A stretch of 57,719 bases of DNA, filler included, from Sphacelaria rigidula (Eukaryota), in NCBI GenBank assembly GCA_964200075.2. It is 4 parts of 4 records of this genome, joined end to end, with 100 filler letters (N's around TTAATTAATTAA, not from the genome) between each part and the next. Parts side by side here need not be neighbours in the genome. Positions count along the whole stretch, not along the records: positions 43,367 to 57,719 come from CAXNAA020002299.1; 3 more parts are not named here. One strand, 5' to 3'. Below, piece after piece: positions 49,702 through 57,719 of this stretch (positions are counted from its first letter, which is position 1; each line of letters opens with the position of its first letter). The translations under genes and the position numbers were made by a program. Below the pieces are notes generated by a model that searched no databases, was not told where the DNA came from, and was given only the letters and a program-made list of their open reading frames with translations.

Positions 49702-49797
49702 TATCCGTGTAGTACGAAACGACGATATCCGTGTAGTACGAAACGACGATATCCGTGTAGTACGAAACGACGATATCCGTGTAGTACGAAACGACGA
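49702..49797. repeat. Perfect 24-bp x4 tandem repeat upstream of the dynamin-like gene
   Basis: TATCCGTGTAGTACGAAACGACGA repeated four times with no spacers. Confidence 0.97.
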
Positions 49798-49995
49798 CGG
49801 ACAGTGGGGGTATCGTGTGTTGTAACTTTTTGCAAAAATCAACCATCGTCTGCAACCTATCATTGATCAAGGTTGACACCTACACGTCCCCCCCCCCCCC
49901 CCCCCCCCTGGCGAACACCCACCCCGAAACGTCCGCCTACAACACAAAACGACGATGAACAGCTATTTTCGCAGTCAGCTAATTAACACGCCTAA

Positions 49996-50423
49996 ATGGC
50001 GATGGAGGACCTGATCCCCATCGTCAACAAGCTCCAGGATGTGTTCAGCGCCATCGGACAGTCGCCCATTGACCTCCCGCAGATCGTCGTCATCGGCTCC
50101 CAGAGCTCCGGCAAGAGCAGCGTCCTCGAGAACGTCGTCGGCCGAGACTTCCTGCCCCGCGGTATTGGCATCGTCACACGTCGCCCGCTCGTGCTACAAC
50201 TCTACAACACCGGAGGCTCCAAGCGTGGCTCAAGCAGCGGTTCTAGCGGCGGCGCTCCCCCTCCACCTCCTCGCCGCGACAACGGAGCCGCTGGGAGTAG
50301 GACTAACTCGGCGTCGTCGCATACGGGGCCTTTCGGAAACGGAGCGCCTAGGACGCCTCGAGGTGGAGGCGGAGTAAGCCCACCTGCAAGCCCTAGGCCG
50401 CCGACGCCGGACCGAGAATGGGG
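49996..50423 (+). CDS. Dynamin-related GTPase (DRP1/Dnm1/Vps1-type), exon 1
   Basis: [15 protein letters not shown]...[43 protein letters not shown] (G1 and G2 motifs). Donor gtaagg at 50424, phase 2. Confidence 0.97.
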
Positions 50424-50842
50424 GTAAGGCGGGAGTTTGCTCTGCGGGGAAAGACGGGGGTTGTGTTGTCGGGTGTTCGTATGGATTCAAGATGCGTATT
50501 TTCTATTTTCGAAACGCAAATAAACGCCACGCAGTAGTGCATTTGTTATGGTGTGATGATCTGCGACTTTTGATTTTGGGTTCATTGCTGCTTGGATTCG
50601 CATGTCGAGTGAGAGCTATGGGCTCTATCTCTTTTAGTCCGAAGGGTCGCCTGCGGCGCCGGATGCTCTGAGGTTCTCACCATTCGTTCTTTTTATTGTG
50701 TCGCATCTCTGTTGATCTTTTTGGGTCCTTTATTTTTTCTCCTCATTTTGCCTTATTTTGGGTAGTTGGCCTGTCACCGCAAAAGGCGTCAGGGTTATAA
50801 GGTACTGCGCATATATCGAAGTGTGTTTTTTTTATATGAAGG

Positions 50843-50896
50843 CGATGACGACGACGGCGACGACGACGACAACAACAACAACAACAATAACAACAG
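50843..50896. repeat. (ACG)n(ACA)n compound microsatellite
   Basis: Direct trinucleotide runs in dynamin intron 1. Confidence 0.85.
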
Positions 50897-51667
50897 ATAC
50901 CGGTATGAAGCTACAAGTAACCGAGTTGCCAGGAGAACTGCCTAAAGTATTTGTGTTGTGCATACAGCGGGTTTCGCGGCGCGCGCCCAACGATCGTCTT
51001 CAAGCTGGTTAGGATAGAGCACGAGACTCCAGGTACTCTGAATTCTCCGAATAGTTGCAGGATACCCCATCAATCAGGATACCTGGGGTATCCTCTGCGG
51101 AATACATAAGGCGTCGTCTACGTTTGAGTTTTCCGTCTCATTTACAACCCTTCCTCCTTCCTCGAGACGACAAGTCCGTCCTTTCAAGGGATCAGCACTC
51201 CCGCACCGGGTCGACCCTTTTCAAATAATCGTTTTTGCTGATCACGTTCTCGCCTTTTGATCGATGCAAATCAGGAGGCTTTTAGGAAAGAACTCCAGTT
51301 AATGCATCTGCCGCAAATCTAGCCCCATTTTTTCCCACCAAATGGTGTAAGACCAACTCTTATGAAATATAAGTGAGGCAAAACGAAACTGGCATTTTCG
51401 GGCGGGCGGAAGGTCCAACTTGTTTCGTATTTTTTGTCGCGCTTTGAACCCCTTCCCCTTCTCAGGACGAGTCCATGGTCTCAAGGGATCAACCCATCTC
51501 TCTCTGCGGCACACGCCTCGCATTTTGGTCTCACGGATTGGATCATGGCCGAAGCTCTCGCATCGTGTCAACTCTCGTAAAAAAAAACTCAGCCAACTAC
51601 AGTTTGTTTACTCATGTACTCACGCTTTCAACGGTGGAAATCAGATACCTTCAAGCAAAAACCCAAC

Positions 51668-51735
51668 GCATTGGGAATCGACCCCACGTTCTCTCCACCC
51701 TGGTGGTGACAGTCGGACCATTACACCACCGGGGC
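51668..51735 (-). mobile_element. tRNA-derived SINE-like head
   Basis: Minus strand GCCCCGGTGGTGTAATGG (A box) ... GGGTCGATTCCC (B box-like). No valid cloverleaf. Confidence 0.5.
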
Positions 51736-53029
51736 GCGTTTTGACATCAAAGAATATCTTAACGGCATCAATTGAGAAAAACAGGGCAAGAACGCCAGCA
51801 TGACTGGTTCCACTCGCACGGGTTCATGTTTTTTTGTGACCCGTACTTTTGCCAGATAACATTTTTTTGTTGCACGAGAGGTGATTTCTGTGGTGTCTGA
51901 GTGCACAGCCTGACAAGAGAGGTGCTCCAGCCCGCTGTACTGTACTGGGCGGTCGTGAGCCGACTACCAAAAGTTTGTTAACAGGGTCGGCGTGGGGTGA
52001 TATATTGTCTGCGTTGAATGGTTGCTAGCTGTGTTTTCTGGCTGTATCGCCTAGTTAGTATCTCAATTGCTTTGTTTTGCCCAGCGTCCAGTCTGAGCTG
52101 GCTAGGAAACCAAGCGAAGCTAACCACCACACGACAGCTGTATGTTTTCATAATAGCCTTAATATTGCCCCATAGTGTGGGCAGTGGACATGGTAAAGAC
52201 AGCCGTTGGCCATTGGATTTTCTCTTTTTCGGTCAAAATAACAACACACTTTTGTCCAGGACACCTTATGCGCCTCCCTTGCCTGGCTTATCTCACAGGG
52301 TTTGAGTAAGCATTAGCTGCATGATTCGACAAGAGTAAAATATGTATTTGTTAGCCATCTCTTGCTTACGCCAAACTAGGGTACACCCGTCTCAGTTTTT
52401 CCGTACCTACTGTTTGTCGCGGGGGGTAGAAACCACGACGGCACTGTGCGGCAGGGCCTTTTTGCTGGAATGACGACACGAACGCGCTGTGCGGGCTTGA
52501 GGAGCTTTAATGTTTTACTCGTCCAGCCTTCTTGTTATTTCACTTGTGTGAAGTGTGGAACCCGCGCATATCGCGGGAGGGCTGTTGTCCTCTGAGGAGC
52601 CCTCTTCTTAGTTTCCTAATCTCAGAGATATAAGACTATTGGATAACACACCACACAGCTCTTCATTTATTCAGGACTGACCTCGACGAGGCATTCATAT
52701 CCTCATCGAAGTTCCGCCGCAATTCTCTCAACACATAAAACCGACACTTTGTATAAACCAATCATATGCGACCTTGCAAACTGCCGCAATAGTTCGGTGT
52801 CGTACTTTTATGTCCACAGCTCCCCCCCGAAGCGACGAACTACCCAAGAGTATATATTTACGTGGCTTGAAAACAAATAAATTGACGCTGGCATTGCGTT
52901 ATGCCTATTACTTTTTTCGCCGCTGTGAAAGATGGCAGCCTACCAGTACTGTCGCCCTAACAACGTTCCTTAGACATCTGAACAATGGAAAAAACTCACA
53001 ATTGCATCGGCAATATAGGTACCGGTTGG

Positions 53030-55185
53030 TTCTGCTCCAATTGCTACATAGCACGAACGCCTCAGTCCAGGCCCATCGTACGCAACTCTATCCTTACGGA
53101 TTGCAGAGCATCCTCCCATGTCGCTACCAAGCTCTCCGAGGTGCTTTGGTCGTGATCATGATCGAATCCGATCCATTCTACGTTTACGGGTATACCATCT
53201 CCAGTAGCATTCTCGTCAGTGCCCAAAATAGCATACATGGTGAATTATCCTTGTATGTACGCATGCTGGGAAACATGTTTTGACTCAGAAGTTGTTTCTA
53301 ACCCGCTGTCGGGATAAAACCTCATTCGAGCCACACGCACGCTATGAATCTCTCCTCAAATCATATTTTGCACTCCTTACACATGTTCACTCTTCGCCCC
53401 CACCACTTCTATGGACCAGCCCAAGTCCCCATGAGTTTGGGCGTCGAACCCGGCCTACGTACCCTGGCCTTGGGTCACCAATCGCAAAATTTGGCAGTGT
53501 TTCCTTCTTTATTCCTGTTCCCTGTTCAACCATTGTTTTACGCTACCTCCCCTCCCCATGGTTCATCGGCAGTGTTGTCACTGCCTGGAGTGTCAATATC
53601 CAAGTGTACCACACGTTTTGAGAGCTGGGTCCCGTGTTGGTCTGATAACGATCTCACCCCTTCCAGCCGACGCCCTCTCTCGTGGTCTTTTCTTCTGTCC
53701 ACCTCTTCTCGATACCGTGGTCAGTTGGCTCCAGTCATCCAAAGTTTCTAAGCTTATCTACGATTACCAAGATACATTTGAATTCGCCGCATTCACCCTA
53801 TCCATGGCCTTTCAACGACCCGCTCTCGCCAACATACCCATAATCAAAATGAATTAATTCGCCTGGCCGTGCACCACGCCCTGTTTCTCCAAGCAGCCTT
53901 GGAACCATCTCGCCAGTTTTCGAATCCACACAATGCAGGCACTGCTTGGCAAACTCTTTCACCTGACTTTCCATTATAAACCAGCAGCAGTACTCTTTTC
54001 ACCGCTGCAGAATCGCCACAGTACCCCGATGACCGGCTCCTTGCATGTGAGCGCAAACCATGAGGCGTTGTTGCAGTCTCTTCGCACCGTCAGGTATCAA
54101 CATGGCGTCACGTCCCTTCACCCTGATGCGAAAAATTCCGTCTCCGTCCTTGACGGCTTGTCCGTGCGGCGCCATGAGAACTGCTGCCCTATGCGCTCCA
54201 GTTTTAACCTCTTCGCGGGCACTGCGCTGTACTTGACGTACGACCTCTTTCGGCGGCGTTATATTGTCAGGTTGGCTCGGCGCAAAACACCGCCACAGCT
54301 CTGACCTTCACTGCCGGAAGATTGACCCACCTTGACAGCAAATCCCCCCAGTAGTTACTCTCGCCATAGATATGCGTGATGAAGTATTCAATCTACTGTG
54401 CTAGGACCATCTTTCATTCCTCGAGATGCTGAACTGTAATATTTTGGGCAACGGCGAAACGCATACATCCGGATTGAAAATATATGCCAGATTGCGGTTG
54501 TCGGTGAATATACACTCACACCTCCCCATGTGAGGTAGTCCAACCGTCACACGTGCTGACGACAGTGAAACCTTTTTTGTCAACAGTTGTCCACCTCCTC
54601 TGCGGATCCTTGAACGTACCGCTGAGGAACGCGAGCGGCTTGGGGGCAAATCCTCCGCGGGAATTCCGCGCTTGAGCTCGTTCTACGGAACCTGTGTCAA
54701 GAATCTTCCCCAATGCTCATCGGACGCATCGGGAAACATCAGCACAGAAAATCCATAATTCGGGTGCGACAGCTCTAATGCATGCACCACCAAATCCTGC
54801 GCTACTTCCCACACCCCAACCATGCAGGCCGTCCACGCCTCTCGCTTAGTCGCACGGTTAGATATGAACCGCTTCGTGCGACGCGGCGCCGACGCCATGG
54901 GCTCCTCCAGCAAGCGTCGGAGAAGTTCCACGAGGTCCGCTTGAAGAAATTGCATCAGCTCTCCCGTCGTCTCAGGCCCCCGGATGTCCGCCAATTCTTG
55001 CAGGCGCTCGGGGTCGTGAGCTACTTGTGCACCAGAGTACACCTTACCGCGCCGATTGATTTTGGTGTCAATGAAGAGGCACTTTTGCGCAGCGGCGAAA
55101 ATACCCTTGGCCTCCACACGGCTAAGAACTTCGTCCATGGTGTTCGATGAATCCGTTTCGTCTACTCCCCACCACACGATGTCAA
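53030..55185 (-). mobile_element. Degenerate Ty3/gypsy LTR retrotransposon pol remnant (RT-RNase H-integrase-chromodomain)
   Basis: Minus-strand fragments KCLFI...GKVYSG (RT end), FPDASDEHWG and IFTDNRNLAYIF (RNase H), integrase C-terminal VRVARMRFY and chromodomain-like VNVEWIGFD. Many stops and frameshifts; LTRs not identified. Confidence 0.85.
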
Positions 55186-55264
55186 CCTAAACTATACACT
55201 ATAATCCATGCAATGTATCCACCATGCCCTCGTTCTCGTCTCTACCCGTAACAACGAAAAACAG

Positions 55265-55448
55265 AGAGTTTCTACATATTCCAGGACAAAAGTTCTTCAA
55301 TTTTACGGAAATCCGGGAAGAGATCAAACGAGAAACGGACCGCCTTACCGGCCAAAACAAGGGGATTTCGTCAAAGAGCATCAACCTCAGGGTCTACTCG
55401 CCGCACGTGCTCAACCTGACCATGGTCGATCTACCGGGCATCACGAAG
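55265..55448 (+). CDS. Dynamin-related GTPase, exon 2
   Basis: Acceptor acag; (G)[29 protein letters not shown]...[13 protein letters not shown] (G3 motif DLPG); donor gtaggg. Confidence 0.97.
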
Positions 55449-56061
55449 GTAGGGTACTCGTACGGGCGACTATCACAGGCGCAATTGTAGCCGTGCGGTG
55501 TTTGCCACAGGGGATTGGAAAATAACGAACCGTTGGGCAGCGATGCGGATGGGTAAAGTCGGTGAATTCGAGGGGAGACTCCTGTGAAAAAGCCGATGCT
55601 GTATTATAGTGCAACATCGTTCAGTCGGGTGTCCCCTGTACAAAGAAAGTTAGATCGTCCTACCCCTCACATGACTGCCGCGAGACAGTCTGGCCGAGCC
55701 TTGGGGTAACCGGCGCACGAACCAGCTTGCGGGGTGAGTATTGAGTCGCGTTTCCTTCTCCCTTTAGGGGGAGAAGAGATGAATAAATATAAGTTAGTTC
55801 GTAGTGCGCTTCGCGTTGGCATCCCTTCCCCTCAACTCTGGAATGAGAGCTCACTCCCCCACCCCTACATGAGCAGAGTTAGTTGTGTGCGAAGGTTGTC
55901 GCTACTTACTCTACATGGTTACGTCGAGTACTGTGCGTTTTCTTCGGTGTGTTTTCTTCGGATATTTATCTTTCGTGTCTCCGTTTGCGCCTCGTCCGCC
56001 ACCCGACATCCGACGGTCGCTTCTCCGGGAATGTGCCCGTGTTCGTTTCATGTTGAGGTAG

Positions 56062-56211
56062 GTGGCGACAGGGGATCAGCCGGCCGACATCGAGGACCAC
56101 ATCCGCCGTATGTGCATGCAGTACATCAAGAACCCCAACGCCATCATTCTGGCCGTCACGTCTGCAAACACGGACCTCGCCAACAGTGACTCCCTGAAGA
56201 TGGCGAGGGAG
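56062..56211 (+). CDS. Dynamin-related GTPase, exon 3
   Basis: [50 protein letters not shown]; tag acceptor, gtgtga donor. Confidence 0.96.
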
Positions 56212-56431
56212 GTGTGATTCCGTCTAGGACCCGCTGAGTCATACTGTACTCCAATGCATGCATCCCGTTCGGCGCAGGCGTGCTGTAGGACTCGAGATTT
56301 CCGACAGTATCTCGACACTTGAATGATGCACCTATGCGGCTGAATGACGTGTACTCGGTGGTTCTGATATGTTCGTGTTGATGCTGTGTTCCGCGCTGTC
56401 TCGTGCCCTGCGCGTGTTTCCATGCTCGCAG

Positions 56432-56492
56432 GTGGACCCGAAGGGGGATAGGACCATTGGAGTACTGACGAAGGTTGATCTGATGGACCCTG
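56432..56492 (+). CDS. Dynamin-related GTPase, exon 4 (gene continues off-window)
   Basis: VDPKGDRTIGVLTKVDLMDP (G4 motif TKxD); cgcag acceptor, gtgagt donor. Confidence 0.96.
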
Positions 56493-56702
56493 GTGAGTCG
56501 GGTCAGGACTGTGAACGCAGCTTTCGGGGTTAAAGAGCGAAGTCGAAGTCGATGCCGATGCGCAGAAATCCGTAGCATGCAGGAAGAGGATCATGTGCCG
56601 AAGAGTATTTGTGAAATATGCTCGATCATTGATGGGTATATTGGTGGTATGCTCCTTGCACTCTGTGACCACGGGTTCGAGAGATCGAGCTAATATGGTG
56701 GA

Positions 56703-56995
56703 TATTATTATTACTATTATTATTAATAATAATAAATAATAATAATAATAATAATAATAAATTATTATTATTATTGATGATTGTCCCACAACATGAACAC
56801 ACTAACTGATCCTCCACGAATTTTGCCGCATTTAGATGGAAGCCCCCTAAGCTCATGAACGTGAATGTTTTGGGGAAAAACTCGAGGAAGGGGGCCGAAT
56901 GAAAAAGAAACGAAAACGGGGTGGAATAAGATGATGACGGACGCCCTCAAGACGGAGCGGGCGGGAGCCAAGCCTCACTCACTTGTTGCGAATGA
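56703..56995 (-). mobile_element. Retroposon 3' end with (AAT)n tail
   Basis: Minus strand ...gaggatcagttagtgtgttcatgttgtgggacaatcatc followed by an AAT/ATT microsatellite at 56703-56775. Confidence 0.55.
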
Positions 56996-57440
56996 CATAA
57001 TCCATTTTGCTTAAAAACGAGAGCCCTGAGGGGTAGGCCCGGAAACAATCCACGGCCAGTATTGGTTGTTGTGTTGTCTCCTCCGTGGGCTCTCCGGCCA
57101 TCAAGACGGAGTTTTGGGTGTACATCTAGGGGGCTGAGGTGCTTACAGCAGTGCTCGCTTCTGAAGCTGCTATGCCTAAGCCAGCGGACGGGTCATGAGC
57201 CAGAGTACTGGCCGCACACCTGGGTTGAGGTCCACTTTGGTACTGTCGGGGCAGCAGCTGTTTGTGAAAGAAGTGCAGTCTGTACCAACAATGTGATGCT
57301 CCCCGCAAGCACAGACTTGTGATGGAGTGATGCCGCGATAGCCCGCCCCTCCCCTAAACCAGCTCCAAAACTGTCATGGGGAAAATGGCCACACGGTGCA
57401 TGATAGCTGGTTTCAGACTTCATGAAGTCCCTCATATGAT

Positions 57441-57503
57441 TAATTATTGCACTCTAACTGACCCCCCAGGGATCCAGCCGTGGCCTCATGATGGACGTAC
57501 CCA
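57441..57503 (-). mobile_element. Retroposon 3' end, same family as 16586-16693
   Basis: Reverse complement reads gggtacgtccatcatgaggccacggctggatccctggggggtcagttagagtgcaataat. Confidence 0.7.
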
Positions 57504-57719
57504 AGAAAAACGAAACTGAAACACGCTCTGAAGAAAAGAAATATGGGCGAGATCATCGGAAATGATCCGAAGCATGGGAAGTTCCCAGCTGCTCGGTTTA
57601 CTCGACTTTTGTCATTTTGGTATACATACAGATTTTGGCTCCTCAAACCAGGGATTTCTGGGGGGGGGCGGGGTGTACTCATGATCATGCTTGCCATAGT
57701 CATCAGACCATTGACCTCG

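Noticed and set aside
49702-49797. CRISPR-like array (24-bp repeats)
   Set aside because: The repeats are contiguous with no spacers, there are no cas genes, and the context is eukaryotic.

Overview
Eukaryotic, intron- and repeat-rich DNA, most likely from a stramenopile alga and probably a brown alga. This is an inference from the long TE-filled GT-AG introns, a signal-peptide+Phe plastid-type presequence and a stramenopile-like NDUFS6. The window is not one locus. It is four contigs (1-14357, 14458-28812, 28913-43266, 43367-57719; lengths 14357/14355/14354/14353) joined by identical 100-nt linkers (N44-TTAATTAATTAA-N44), so adjacency across linkers means nothing. Contig 1: three exons of a RIOK3-like atypical kinase N-terminus with an extra UBA-domain exon. 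Contig 2: first exon of mitochondrial complex I subunit NDUFS6, head-to-head with a probable plastid-targeted protein, plus a LINE remnant and large inverted-repeat complexes. Contig 3: last exon of a sulfotransferase convergent with ARP2 (two exons), and a degenerate USP-like reading frame interrupted by a TA-flanked MITE. Contig 4: first four exons of a DRP1/Vps1-type dynamin-related GTPase, with a chromodomain Ty3/gypsy remnant in intron 1. Every gene is partial. The rest is MITEs, foldback elements, SINE/LINE ends and microsatellites. I found no prokaryote-type system, CRISPR array or intact RNA gene. The strongest novelty candidates are the UBA-containing RIOK3-like gene and the USP-like relic.
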